DNA from: a virus
UHGV virus genome: UHGV-0076294
Length of the DNA: 64,000 nt
Reading direction: 5' to 3' (one strand)
This document shows positions 8,696-18,024 of this stretch, piece by piece; position 1 is the stretch's first letter, and every line of letters begins with the position of its first letter. Both the position numbers and the translations under genes were made by a program. The notes beneath the pieces were generated by a model. That model did no database searches, had not been told where the DNA came from, and was given only the letters and a program-made list of their open reading frames with translations.

Positions 8696-9220
8696 ATGCT
8701 TACCTCACTCGGTAAGACCGTTATGCTAACGATACTTCCAGAATCGGATATTGACAACGACCTGTTTAACGCCCCTGAGCGCTTCAAGGTCGTTACGATA
8801 AATTGTGTAGGGGCAATGGGTCGGGGTATCGCTTTAGCGTGCAGAGAACGCTATCCTGGTCTTTATCAGGACTACCGAGAACGTTGCTTCGCTAACGAGA
8901 TACGAATAGGGAATGTGTACGTTTATCCCGAGGAAAACTGCATTCTCTTACCAACTAAAACACATTGGAAACTGAAATCCCAGGTTTCTTATGTTATCGC
9001 GGGTATCACCGCGTTGGCAGATGCCGCAGAAAACTTAGAGGGTGGGGTGGCTTTACCGCCGTTAGGGATGGCCACCGGTTGGTTGACAAAAGCTGAACGT
9101 CAACAAATCTTTTTGTTTATCGAAAAGAAACTCGTACCAAGGAGACAACATTACCGTTTCTATTTACCCGAACCGCTTTACCAAGAAGCAAAACCTTTAA
9201 TTCCAAACCTTTTTAAATAG
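8696..9220 (+). CDS. macro-domain-like protein (putative ADP-ribose binding/hydrolase)
   Basis: FKVVTINCVGAMGRGIALA ... ILLPTK ... VALPPLGMATGWL resembles the macro-domain motif order (N-x-x-G-x-x-G-x-G then PxxGxGxxG). Start uncertain (8696 or 8723); possible 35-aa ORF 8622-8729 in another frame. Confidence 0.45.
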   Translation: MLTSLGKTVMLTILPESDIDNDLFNAPERFKVVTINCVGAMGRGIALACRERYPGLYQDYRERCFANEIRIGNVYVYPEENCILLPTKTHWKLKSQVSYVIAGITALADAAENLEGGVALPPLGMATGWLTKAERQQIFLFIEKKLVPRRQHYRFYLPEPLYQEAKPLIPNLFK

Positions 9221-9238
9221 ATATTATCATTAGGGCAC
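9216..9238 (+). promoter_or_regulatory. promoter-like motif (weaker copy) AAATAGATATTATCATTAGGGCAC
   Basis: Intergenic upstream of SLT gene; shares AGATATTAT...TAGG core with copies at 952, 18684, 27784, 58177. Confidence 0.3.
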
Positions 9239-9320
9239 ACAACAAAGGAGTACCAGCTGTCCGCGCCGTGATTTCGTTCTACGGAATACGGAAATGTATA
9301 AATCCAACTGGAGAACTAGT

Positions 9321-10007
9321 ATGTTTCGTATCTTCTTTCTTTTACTGGTAACACTTTTCGCGTTTAACGCATACGCATCCAAATCCGCACCCAGTGCCAA
9401 ACACCATCGTGAATTCGAAATGATTCAAGACCGTTTCGAACGGGTAAAACCGTTGATTGTGGAAATCTCTCGAAAGCAGGGTGTTGATCCTAATTTAATG
9501 ACCACGCTAATCTATCGAGAGTCACGGTTTAATCCGAAGGCGTATAATCGAACGTCTAAAGCGCACAGTCTGGTTCAGATGCTACCGAGCACAAAGCGCA
9601 ATTTGCTAAAACTCTACGGTGCCGAAATCGGACTTAGTCGCAATGCGGATTTGTACAATCCTCGTAATGCGGTGCTATTGGCTTCCGTCTACGTTAAACA
9701 TTTAGAAAAGGGGTTAACTAAACGACTCAAACGCAAGCCCACTATTGCAGAAATAGCATTGGCTTATCACTGGGGTGAAAGCGGTGCACACGCCAGGATT
9801 AAAAGCAAGTCTCGGGCAGCACAACGAGAAATGGCGAGCTTTATGAAAGATGCAACGTTCTACAGTGCGAAAATCAACAAGCCTGTAGCATCTCGTCAGC
9901 TTGCGTTTGCGAAGAAACCAGAACGCCAGATTCAGTTAGCAGAAGTTAACCGAATTTGGGATACGATAAACACCAGTTTTCCATTTAAACAAGGAGTCAC
10001 CCTTTGA
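9321..10007 (+). CDS. secreted lytic transglycosylase (SLT domain), endolysin or periplasmic candidate
   Basis: Signal peptide MFRIFFLLLVTLFAFNAYA; SLT motif LIYRESRFNPKAY...SLVQMLPST (catalytic Glu-Ser context). Start at ATG 9321 after GGAG RBS (ORF track 9294). Confidence 0.75.
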   Translation: MFRIFFLLLVTLFAFNAYASKSAPSAKHHREFEMIQDRFERVKPLIVEISRKQGVDPNLMTTLIYRESRFNPKAYNRTSKAHSLVQMLPSTKRNLLKLYGAEIGLSRNADLYNPRNAVLLASVYVKHLEKGLTKRLKRKPTIAEIALAYHWGESGAHARIKSKSRAAQREMASFMKDATFYSAKINKPVASRQLAFAKKPERQIQLAEVNRIWDTINTSFPFKQGVTL

Positions 10008-10513
10008 GCATCGTTGTAACCGATTGGTATAAAGGTATCACTAAGGCTACCCAAATTACTGCCCAGGACGTGTACAGTATCGTTCGTAGCAGTAACGAAG
10101 ACCAGATAAAGTCCGACGAAGACTTTGCAACGCGTCATGAGTTTTACGATGCCCTTAAAACGGCTTTCGGTGACGACGAAGAAGAAGGTTTAGAGTTTGA
10201 CTGGAACGTCAACCTTGCCTTATTGTGGATTTGCGGATTGCGTCCGAGTGTGAGAGACACGGAGCAAGGAAAAGTTCTGTTGTGGCATCACACCGGTAAA
10301 TACAATCCGAACCAGGTCTTTAAAGAAGCGTATATGGAAGCCACTGTAGAGTTACAGAATCTGCTGTTGGGTGAGAACACCTACTGTCAACGCAGCTTCC
10401 TGACGATTCTGGAGAAACTGGCGTCTACACACAAAATCTGGCGTCAGGCAGATGCCCCTGAGCACATCTTCGTTCTGGAATTTGCTGTGATTCCAAACCA
10501 GCCGTTCTTTTAA
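10004..10513 (+). CDS. hypothetical protein
   Basis: 169-aa ORF, TTG start overlapping the previous stop (TTGA), AAGGAG RBS 8 nt upstream. Confidence 0.5.
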   Translation: MSIVVTDWYKGITKATQITAQDVYSIVRSSNEDQIKSDEDFATRHEFYDALKTAFGDDEEEGLEFDWNVNLALLWICGLRPSVRDTEQGKVLLWHHTGKYNPNQVFKEAYMEATVELQNLLLGENTYCQRSFLTILEKLASTHKIWRQADAPEHIFVLEFAVIPNQPFF

Positions 10514-10519
10514 TACTTG

Positions 10520-10557
10520 CCCCTAATCCAATCGGATTAGGGGTACTTTTATTTATT
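10520..10557 (+). terminator. intrinsic terminator
   Basis: CCCCTAATCC-aatc-GGATTAGGGG followed by TACTTTTATTTATT. Confidence 0.7.
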
Positions 10558-10576
10558 CCCCTAAAGGAGCAAAGGT

Positions 10577-11056
10577 ATGTTGAAGTTTATCTGGCGTTAC
10601 CCAACCCGCTTTTGGTTCGTGGTATTAGAGGTAATCACCGTTTTACTGTTAGTGACGTTCGTAAACGCCTCTACGAAACAAATGGTGATTTTCTGTGTAT
10701 TCGACGCTATACCGTTGTGGGTATTTGCAAAGATTATTAAGTTTTACATGATAAGCTGGGCGAACTACACCTGTCCATTTAAACCCAGAGAAATCATGAA
10801 CTGGTTGATGTATATCGAAGACCGTTTACCCGCTCAGTCTAAAACGTTAGGCTGGCAATCGATGTTGGATATTGCGCTAGAAACAAACGCAAAATTCCCT
10901 GGGTCAAAGAATCCTTATTTGCTGCTGGCTGTTATTGTTGCCCAGCAGAAACGTGCAGGCGAACGTTGGTTACCGAAAGAAGCGAAAGAGTATATTCGTA
11001 AACATCCGAAGGCTTTCTATTCCGTAGGTCAATGGCGTAACCTCCCACTCTTTTAA
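10577..11056 (+). CDS. membrane protein (2 TM helices), holin-like topology
   Basis: Hydrophobic segments FWFVVLEVITVLLLVTFV and MVIFCVFDAIPLWVFAKII; RBS AAAGGAG; follows the SLT gene. Confidence 0.55.
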   Translation: MLKFIWRYPTRFWFVVLEVITVLLLVTFVNASTKQMVIFCVFDAIPLWVFAKIIKFYMISWANYTCPFKPREIMNWLMYIEDRLPAQSKTLGWQSMLDIALETNAKFPGSKNPYLLLAVIVAQQKRAGERWLPKEAKEYIRKHPKAFYSVGQWRNLPLF

Positions 11057-11109
11057 CTTTTTTACAAAACCCTTAGTTGATTTGAATAAACCTAAAGAGG
11101 ACTATTAAA

Positions 11110-12045
11110 ATGACTTTTCCATCTGAAGTAATTTACGAACTGGCTAACACACTACGTCGTCACTATAGCGCCAAGATGATGCAAACCCATGTGGGTGCGA
11201 CCGCTGACTTTTTGCGCGGCCATTTCCTGGGCAATAACCCGCCATCTATTACACAGGAAACGGTTTTCTCTATCGATCGTGCCTCCTTAATTCTTCCAAT
11301 CGACCACGCCATTGCGGTTCAAGAAGGGAATACGTTCAACTTCTCTATGGGAATGCGACGTTCGTCTATCGCCGTTAACTCAAACATGGGAAATAACCCG
11401 TCTTTCGTACAGAACACGCACTCTGCAGAACACGGTAACTGGTTCGTTGTTGTAGAACAAGGCGTGAATCAGTATGACGTTGTTGCAGCTCGCGATGAAT
11501 CTTTCTTTGAGCTGGGACAGATTTCTCGCCGTCGTGAAATTGCGCTTGACCTACGTCAAGGTAATATCGGATTAAGTGGGACCAGTGTCTATTTCATCCT
11601 GAGCAGTTGGGCACATGTAAGTTATGTGCTGAAAAATGCCAGTCCGACGTTCCACGCAACGACGGTAGAATTTCGTGGCCTTGAGATAGAATATCGTGAC
11701 GAAGAAGAAACGGTACCTGGCACAGAGGTCGCCATTTGTGAAAACTACGATGATCTGAAATCTGTGCTTGTTAAGCGTGATGTTTTCGAATCGTTAAACT
11801 TGGATTTCCCCGGCGATGAAAATGAAATATCCGTAGCTGACCTGGTAGAAACATTGTGTCAGAAAGACCAAGCTAACGAAATTAGCGACGAAGAAGCAGA
11901 ACTCTTCCAAGTTCAACAACTCATCAGCAAGGTTATCGGCGGTCAGGAAATTGTTGACACCCTTATGGCTTTACCACCGAAGAAACGTACTCAAAAGTAC
12001 ATTCGTGAACTGGTTCTTGAAAACCTGGGTCAAGCCAAAAAGTAA
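11110..12045 (+). CDS. hypothetical protein (paralogue of 12107-12655)
   Basis: N-terminus MTFPSEVIYELANTLRR and internal SGTSVYFILSSW resemble MFPSSEYLTHLAYGIRR and NGDTVYFIFRTW of the next gene. Confidence 0.6.
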   Translation: MTFPSEVIYELANTLRRHYSAKMMQTHVGATADFLRGHFLGNNPPSITQETVFSIDRASLILPIDHAIAVQEGNTFNFSMGMRRSSIAVNSNMGNNPSFVQNTHSAEHGNWFVVVEQGVNQYDVVAARDESFFELGQISRRREIALDLRQGNIGLSGTSVYFILSSWAHVSYVLKNASPTFHATTVEFRGLEIEYRDEEETVPGTEVAICENYDDLKSVLVKRDVFESLNLDFPGDENEISVADLVETLCQKDQANEISDEEAELFQVQQLISKVIGGQEIVDTLMALPPKKRTQKYIRELVLENLGQAKK

Positions 12046-12053
12046 TTTAAATC

Positions 12054-12088
12054 CCCTACTCCCGGAGGAGTAGGGTTAATTCTTTTTC
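12054..12088 (+). terminator. intrinsic terminator (CCCTACTCC family)
   Basis: CCCTACTCC-cgga-GGAGTAGGG followed by TTAATTCTTTTT. Confidence 0.7.
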
Positions 12089-12106
12089 CATCTTAGGAGT
12101 ATTAAA

Positions 12107-12655
12107 ATGTTTCCATCATCTGAATATTTAACCCACCTGGCTTACGGTATTCGTCGAGGTTCTGTTTTCCGTACACGTTTAAAGGACGTAAATTTCCTGG
12201 CTAATTTCTTATTTAACCATTTGGGAGATGGAACTAACGTTTACAAAAAGATCACCACAACACAACTTTATTCCCTTATAGCGGCGTCTGAAATTGTACC
12301 TACAGATATTTGGCGATTCAAGCGTTATAACGGAGATATTACGATCAGTTTTCTTGATCATTCTCCTATTACCGTTGAAATCGTCGAACGCGTTGATATT
12401 AATAGTGAAGTGTCTGGTTGGAAGATTCTGTTTGATTGTGGCAATCGTTATGCGGTACTTGGCTCCTCTGATGAACGTGACTTCCCATTCGACAAACCCT
12501 ACTACTACCTCAGCGAAGATGATTTCCCGGATAAAGAATCCAATATCTTTTTAAACGGGGATACCGTTTACTTCATTTTTCGTACTTGGAACGATGTTGC
12601 TGCTATGATTGCTCAAGGTGTCATCGATTACCGTAAACTAGAAGTCGACATTTAA
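12107..12655 (+). CDS. hypothetical protein (paralogue of 11110-12045)
   Basis: 182-aa ORF; RBS TAGGAG; shared motifs with upstream gene. Confidence 0.6.
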   Translation: MFPSSEYLTHLAYGIRRGSVFRTRLKDVNFLANFLFNHLGDGTNVYKKITTTQLYSLIAASEIVPTDIWRFKRYNGDITISFLDHSPITVEIVERVDINSEVSGWKILFDCGNRYAVLGSSDERDFPFDKPYYYLSEDDFPDKESNIFLNGDTVYFIFRTWNDVAAMIAQGVIDYRKLEVDI

Positions 12656-12666
12656 AATAAAAGCTA

Positions 12667-12702
12667 CCCTACTCCTTTTCGGGAGTAGGGTAATTTCTTT
12701 TA
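12667..12702. terminator. bidirectional intrinsic terminator (CCCTACTCC family)
   Basis: CCCTACTCC-ttttcg-GGAGTAGGG flanked by T-run on plus strand and A-run (T-run for minus strand) between convergent genes. Confidence 0.7.
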
Positions 12703-13323
12703 GTTAACTAACCCGTTAGCTTTAAGAATCTCTAACATCTGGTTGTTTAACTCTTTTAATTTTTTGTTTTCGTTTGTCAACGAAGTAACTTGTTCTGACA
12801 ACGGAATAGCCTCTCGAATTTTCCTTTTCCGAGCCGCTTCCATTTGCAGGTGTTGCTCCTCCGTCACTTTCCCTTCATACTCCATGGTCGTGATTTCGAC
12901 TTTCGGGTCGATACCCAACGTACGGGTAAGAATATCCGAAACGTCTTTAGTCATCACCGACACATCTACATAATCCGGTACAAACGATAAGTCCACCACC
13001 ATCACATTACGCTGGTACGCGATTCCCGATAAACCGGGGCACGATTCTACGTAAGTGTCGGGGATATAAACGACTTGACCATCGCGTGATTTAAACGTAA
13101 GTATTGACGCGTTAACAGTGGCATCAGCAAGATATTCTTCTCGCTCCAACCCAACGGGCTTGTAATACTCGTTGTAAACATCAATATTCTGACGTACTAA
13201 ATCTGGGAAGGTACGTGATGCCTCCACCGTGAAGATAACCGTTTCGGCTAACGTAAACGGTGTTTTTACCTTAAATAAACCCGTTGTGTTAACGGGAACC
13301 AAAAGAGGTAAACGCGTAGCCAT
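12700..13323 (-). CDS. hypothetical protein
   Basis: 207-aa ORF on minus strand, 3 nt downstream of the preceding minus-strand gene. Confidence 0.55.
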   Translation of the reverse strand: MATRLPLLVPVNTTGLFKVKTPFTLAETVIFTVEASRTFPDLVRQNIDVYNEYYKPVGLEREEYLADATVNASILTFKSRDGQVVYIPDTYVESCPGLSGIAYQRNVMVVDLSFVPDYVDVSVMTKDVSDILTRTLGIDPKVEITTMEYEGKVTEEQHLQMEAARKRKIREAIPLSEQVTSLTNENKKLKELNNQMLEILKANGLVN

Positions 13324-13326
13324 TCA

Positions 13327-14697
13327 TTACTCCTCGTCGATTTCAGTGTACCATTTCGCTTTACGAGACAGTATGCGATATTCGACGTTATCGTATTCAA
13401 ACACCCAGAAGTAGTTATCGGGATCAGCTTCATCAACGAGTTTCACGACATCCAGACTGGTCTGGTACGGATGGTATTCTTCCGCTGCTATTAGTGCCTG
13501 GAAGAACAATGCTAACCACTCGGTGGTGGATTTTGACATTCGTGCAATGTCTGGGTTCGTTGTTGCAATCAGTGCGTAGTCTGGTAACGTCTCGTGTAAG
13601 GTATTCTTACGAGTGTCGTTCTCAGGGCCACTGATAACCACCATGTTCAGCGATTTATACACGGTAGGTAAATCGGTAACATCCGTTGTCGGTTTGCTTA
13701 CCGTATTACTATTTCTTTCTGCAACAGACTGATCAGACCATTCCCCAAACTTTGTAATGGCTTTGACCCAGAAATCATATGGAAGGATGGGGGAATAGAG
13801 AGCCGCCACGTCTTCCTCATTCGGTATACCACGGATTTTCCACCCCGGAACCATTGTGAATTTCGTAGTGGTAAAGATCTCAGGGAATACCTTCACCCCA
13901 ATCGGAACCGTAAAGCTGGAGTTTGCAAGAATATGTTCACGCAACGCTTGCTTTATTTTCGTTGGGTTTTTTCCTGCACGTCCGTAAATGATAACCGACA
14001 TTGGAACAACCAGTGTTGACTCGTAGTTTTCTTGGTCATGCCAGGTGTAGTAGTTAGTTTGGATGGCAGTATACGGGAACCCTGCCATTAACTCGTTGAT
14101 TTTCTTATGGTGTTCGGTAAGGTTAAACCCTTCCATCGCTTTTTCAACGACTGACTTTGTGGCCAAGAATGTGTCGATTGGCTCAATCGGCATCTGTACT
14201 TCGATTTCAAAACCCGTGTAGTCCTGGTCGAAGTCTTCATCCGAGAACCAAACTATGATTTGGTTATCTACATCAGTGTCATCTTGTACTTGATCTGCTG
14301 TTGCTTCATATTTCCAGCTCACCCAACGTGGGAACCAGTTACTGTTCGTCTGGATCATCGCACCGGACTGAACACCGGAAATGGTTGTTTGGAATTGACC
14401 TAATAATAGGCGCTGGAATTCAAGTTCGTCATTTCTCAGATTCCCCAAGATGGCTTGCTGGTAAATCCATTGAGAAACGGTTAGAATATGATCAGAAAAC
14501 TCGGCTGGAACAACAACCGTCTGTTTTTCTCGTTTAGACGTAAATGTCACCAACTGCACTTGCAGATTGGATTTAGTAAACGTCTGTTTACTCTTCGCGT
14601 ACGAGAGGGTCAGATCAGACAGCTCACCTACCGGAGCGGTGACGCCGTCCTGATTGTCAAACAGAGCCGGTATCTGAATAAAACCTTGTAAGTCTAA
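13327..14697 (-). CDS. hypothetical protein
   Basis: ORF track gives 13327-14760; ATG at 14697 (MLDLQG...) has a GGAG RBS whereas 14760 has none. Confidence 0.55.
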   Translation of the reverse strand, partial: LDLQGFIQIPALFDNQDGVTAPVGELSDLTLSYAKSKQTFTKSNLQVQLVTFTSKREKQTVVVPAEFSDHILTVSQWIYQQAILGNLRNDELEFQRLLLGQFQTTISGVQSGAMIQTNSNWFPRWVSWKYEATADQVQDDTDVDNQIIVWFSDEDFDQDYTGFEIEVQMPIEPIDTFLATKSVVEKAMEGFNLTEHHKKINELMAGFPYTAIQTNYYTWHDQENYESTLVVPMSVIIYGRAGKNPTKIKQALREHILANSSFTVPIGVKVFPEIFTTTKFTMVPGWKIRGIPNEEDVAALYSPILPYDFWVKAITKFGEWSDQSVAERNSNTVSKPTTDVTDLPTVYKSLNMVVISGPENDTRKNTLHETLPDYALIATTNPDIARMSKSTTEWLALFFQALIAAEEYHPYQTSLDVVKLVDEADPDNYFWVFEYDNVEYRILSRKAKWYTEIDEE

Positions 14698-14725
14698 CAT
14701 AATTAAAAATACTCCGAGGTGAGCA

Positions 14726-15229
14726 ATGGGTTCATTTCTTAAAGTGCTTCCGTTCTTCATTCAGATGTTGATGGAAGCATTTAAACCAGGAGAAGGAGAG
14801 AACGTATCAAGAGCAAACAAGATAATGACTTTAATCATCACGGTCTTGTTATCCTACTCGGCTTTCGTCTCCTATGCGTACGTAGTGCAGTTTCACAAGC
14901 TCGTTACAGTACAATCGCATGATCAATACATGTCGCAATCTTACCAAGAGATGAAGCAAGATCGTGACAAACTGAAAGATGATAATGGTAGATTATACGA
15001 CAAGCTCTTTATTTGCCTCGGCCAGAAACCGCCATATGAAAGCGGGTACAGCTCGGTAAAAGAAGACGTCTCTGCCAAAGATTTAACACCTAAGAAACCA
15101 GAAACTCCTGTTAGCCCAGCTTCAACACCAGAACAACGCAAAGAAGCTTCGGCACGACCTGTTGGTAGTCAAGACGCTAACAGTTTCCGTCAGGAGATCA
15201 TAAAGACGTTATCGTCACCTAAGGAGTAA
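14726..15229 (+). CDS. membrane protein with TM helix, charged helical region and Pro-rich tail
   Basis: TM segment IMTLIITVLLSYSAFVSYAYVV; RBS GAGGTGAG; 167 aa. Confidence 0.55.
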   Translation: MGSFLKVLPFFIQMLMEAFKPGEGENVSRANKIMTLIITVLLSYSAFVSYAYVVQFHKLVTVQSHDQYMSQSYQEMKQDRDKLKDDNGRLYDKLFICLGQKPPYESGYSSVKEDVSAKDLTPKKPETPVSPASTPEQRKEASARPVGSQDANSFRQEIIKTLSSPKE

Positions 15230-15232
15230 CTG

Positions 15233-15688
15233 ATGAAATCGCTGTTATTCATCATGATTTTGTGCGTGGGTTTGGTGAGTAATAGCTATGGAGAACCCGG
15301 TAAACGGTCATCCTATACTGCGTTACAGCCTCCGCCAGCGCCACCTATCATGTTAAATTGGAAAATTGATAAAGACGCGATGCGGGAATATGTTGCGGAT
15401 GTGAATACATACGCTTATTACGTTTATCTCTACACACGAAACTTAAATCAGCAAGCAGTCAAACGCGGGTGGAATCCACCGATGTTAGCACCTATCTGCG
15501 AACGGTTTGAAATTCCTAAATTACATTCCGTTCCAGAAAAGATGCTATTAGACGAGAAAGCGTTAACGCCACAAGAAATCAGTCGGGATTTATCACGTAA
15601 ACTGAATTCGTTGTTGTGGAATTATCGCTCTGACCGGCAAGCTTTATTAGACGCCTACGATCAGTATCTGACAACGTGTTTGAACTGA
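15233..15688 (+). CDS. secreted protein (signal peptide)
   Basis: N-terminal MKSLLFIMILCVGLVSNSYG signal-like; starts 3 nt after previous stop. Confidence 0.55.
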   Translation: MKSLLFIMILCVGLVSNSYGEPGKRSSYTALQPPPAPPIMLNWKIDKDAMREYVADVNTYAYYVYLYTRNLNQQAVKRGWNPPMLAPICERFEIPKLHSVPEKMLLDEKALTPQEISRDLSRKLNSLLWNYRSDRQALLDAYDQYLTTCLN

Positions 15689-15693
15689 CAACG

Positions 15694-15735
15694 CCTCCTG
15701 TATCCTTCGGGGTACAGGAGGTATTTTCTTTTTAA
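15694..15735 (+). terminator. intrinsic terminator
   Basis: CCTCCTGTATCC-ttcg-GGGTACAGGAGG hairpin followed by TATTTTCTTTTT. Confidence 0.6.
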
Positions 15736-15775
15736 CGTTTAACCCCCTTCTAATGTATAGAGAAAGGAGCTTAAC

Positions 15776-16510
15776 ATGACATACCCGAAAACGATTCAAC
15801 CCACCTTACCGACGCTGGTAATTGGTGCTGACGCAGAAACCAAATCACTGCGTCCTGATGCGTATTTGTTAACCACAGGCTTAGTTGCCTTTGACGTACC
15901 GACTTTAAAAATGGTAGGGTCGTCGTATATGCGTATTGATCCTAACGACCCTAAAGCAAAAGCTGTGTTCCACGAAGACCCGCAAACCGTGGGGTGGTGG
16001 GAAGGTAAAGGAGAACCTGAATACGCGCCGTCTCGTGAAGCCTACACGGAAGCATGGGGTGGTACAACTCCTATGCCGGAAGCGCTGTGGGCAATGCGGA
16101 AGTGGTTAGACGAAATCACCGGCAAACACAATTTCGTTATTACCATGCGTGGGCCAGATTTCGATTCTCCGATTTTCATGAACGCGTTCGCACAATGTGA
16201 CGTCCCTCCAGGTAAGTTCCGTAAGTTTAGTGCGTTAGACAGCGACCGCACCGCAGAGCGTTTAGCGCTGGCGTTTGGTTTTGAGCCTGACTTGACCGTT
16301 GAGCAAGTTTACTGGACGCGGGGTAAACCGGCATTTGAACACCATGCTTTGTGGGATGCCGCGAAAGAAGCGTACACCACCGCACGTATTTATCACCTTG
16401 CACTGATTACCCGCGAGTATGGGTACGAACGTGCTAAAACCTGTCACGAAGAACTGAAAACCGGTGAGTATATTCCACCACAGATTCGTGATCAGTTAAC
16501 CAGGGATTAA
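15776..16510 (+). CDS. DEDDh-type 3'-5' exonuclease (DnaQ-like fold)
   Basis: Exo I-like LVIGADAET and Exo III-like HHALWDA (H-x4-D) motifs; RBS AAAGGAG. Confidence 0.55.
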   Translation: MTYPKTIQPTLPTLVIGADAETKSLRPDAYLLTTGLVAFDVPTLKMVGSSYMRIDPNDPKAKAVFHEDPQTVGWWEGKGEPEYAPSREAYTEAWGGTTPMPEALWAMRKWLDEITGKHNFVITMRGPDFDSPIFMNAFAQCDVPPGKFRKFSALDSDRTAERLALAFGFEPDLTVEQVYWTRGKPAFEHHALWDAAKEAYTTARIYHLALITREYGYERAKTCHEELKTGEYIPPQIRDQLTRD

Positions 16511-16512
16511 GA

Positions 16513-18024
16513 ATGAAGAACGTTGATGTTGCTGTACTTTATACCGACGGTAGCCATTTAACCTCACCGATGGGAACAGGCGGTGGGATTCACGGCTACC
16601 TGTTTAACAAGGAAGAGATTGTTGACGGTGGCGTTTATCGCCACCCTACCATTCCCGAAGGGATTACGACCTCTGGTTATCGTCAGATTAACAAAGAGGA
16701 AAAACTTCCTGCGTTACCAGACTCTGTTGAGTTCGTAGACTGTGTTATTCCGGTACCGAAACACCACCACTCTGATGTTGCAGAGATTGTTGCTTTTTTA
16801 ACCGTTTTCGAAAAAGCACCGTTCGTTGCAAAAAACTACGTTATCTATATCGACGCGTCTTACGTTGTGAATACGTTTAACGATTGGATTGACGGTTGGG
16901 CTAAGCGGGACTGGCGACGGGCTGATGGAACCCCTATCGCGAACCTTGAACTGGTTCAACGGATGTGGGAAATTAAGAAACGTCTGAAGAGAGAAGGGAA
17001 AGGGATTCGTGTTCTTAAAATCAAAGGACACTCTGGTCACTACGGTAACGAACGGGCTGACGGGCTGGCACGAAAGGGATCATCCATCTCTGCGCACGGA
17101 GAAGGTTTAGATTATCAGGCGTACTGGTCAGCAGACGAAATCCCGGAAGAACAGCAGGAAGAAATCGTCAGTGAAGGCGTTAACGTTGCCGCGTTTCCTG
17201 ATATTTGCGTAACTAAGTTCTGTTACCCGATGGTAAATGAGCAACACCCTACGGTTAAAGTAAACGGTGAAAATCTCTATTACATGTTCGGGGGTAACCA
17301 CGCAAAACAGAAGGACGATATTGTCTTCGTCGGAAAATACATCCCTGATGCGCAGTTTTGTGTGATGTTTACACGTGAACCGTGGACGAACGTTTACGAT
17401 TTGGTTAACGCCCACGCTGCTAAAGCCTGGGAGGGCGTACCACGTTTGCGTCAGTTTGACCCTATCGCTGTTGTGTTCAACCTGTTCGTAAAACGTAAGA
17501 AGTTTGCGGAAGCAGCGGCTAACGGTATCCCGGTTGACAAAATGCACTTTAGCGAAGACAAAAACCTGTGGATGTACGAAGACTTGTCTATCAGTCGTAT
17601 TCTGCGTCCCGCGTTATTGTCATACCGCTGCGTAACCATTCGTGATGAACTGGCAGAGTGGCTGCGTGACTGTTTGGAAGGCAAATCGAACGTTGTCTTA
17701 AATGACATTACCGATTTGCTTTATGACGAAAAAGGTAAACCCACCAAAGACTTTTACCGAAACGTGGATAAAGGGTTTGACGTTTCCATTAAAATTCCTA
17801 ACGGGAAGGTTGACGTTAAAACTATTCTGACGCGTGCTATCGACATACCGACACGTACGGAAATCAACCGTATCAAAGAACCAAACGGGAGATTCTACAT
17901 TGCCGTACGACGTCCAGAACGTCAGTATATTGAATATGCGTTAGTGTATATCGGTGAGAAGTATCATGGTCTGTGGTGTGGTTATTATTCAAACAAACGA
18001 ATATTGACCGATAAGGAACTTTGA
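16513..18024 (+). CDS. RNase H-like nuclease with ~300-aa C-terminal extension
   Basis: N-terminal VLYTDGS..., mid YIDASY, and KIKGHSGHYGNERADGLA match RNase HI catalytic motifs; 503 aa total. Confidence 0.7.
   Translation: MKNVDVAVLYTDGSHLTSPMGTGGGIHGYLFNKEEIVDGGVYRHPTIPEGITTSGYRQINKEEKLPALPDSVEFVDCVIPVPKHHHSDVAEIVAFLTVFEKAPFVAKNYVIYIDASYVVNTFNDWIDGWAKRDWRRADGTPIANLELVQRMWEIKKRLKREGKGIRVLKIKGHSGHYGNERADGLARKGSSISAHGEGLDYQAYWSADEIPEEQQEEIVSEGVNVAAFPDICVTKFCYPMVNEQHPTVKVNGENLYYMFGGNHAKQKDDIVFVGKYIPDAQFCVMFTREPWTNVYDLVNAHAAKAWEGVPRLRQFDPIAVVFNLFVKRKKFAEAAANGIPVDKMHFSEDKNLWMYEDLSISRILRPALLSYRCVTIRDELAEWLRDCLEGKSNVVLNDITDLLYDEKGKPTKDFYRNVDKGFDVSIKIPNGKVDVKTILTRAIDIPTRTEINRIKEPNGRFYIAVRRPERQYIEYALVYIGEKYHGLWCGYYSNKRILTDKEL

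Noticed and set aside
15233-15688. Outer-membrane spanin lipoprotein call for the secreted protein 15233-15688
   Set aside because: The N-terminus looks like a signal peptide but there is no canonical lipobox ([LVI][ASTVI][GAS]C); the only nearby Cys is preceded by M-I-L.
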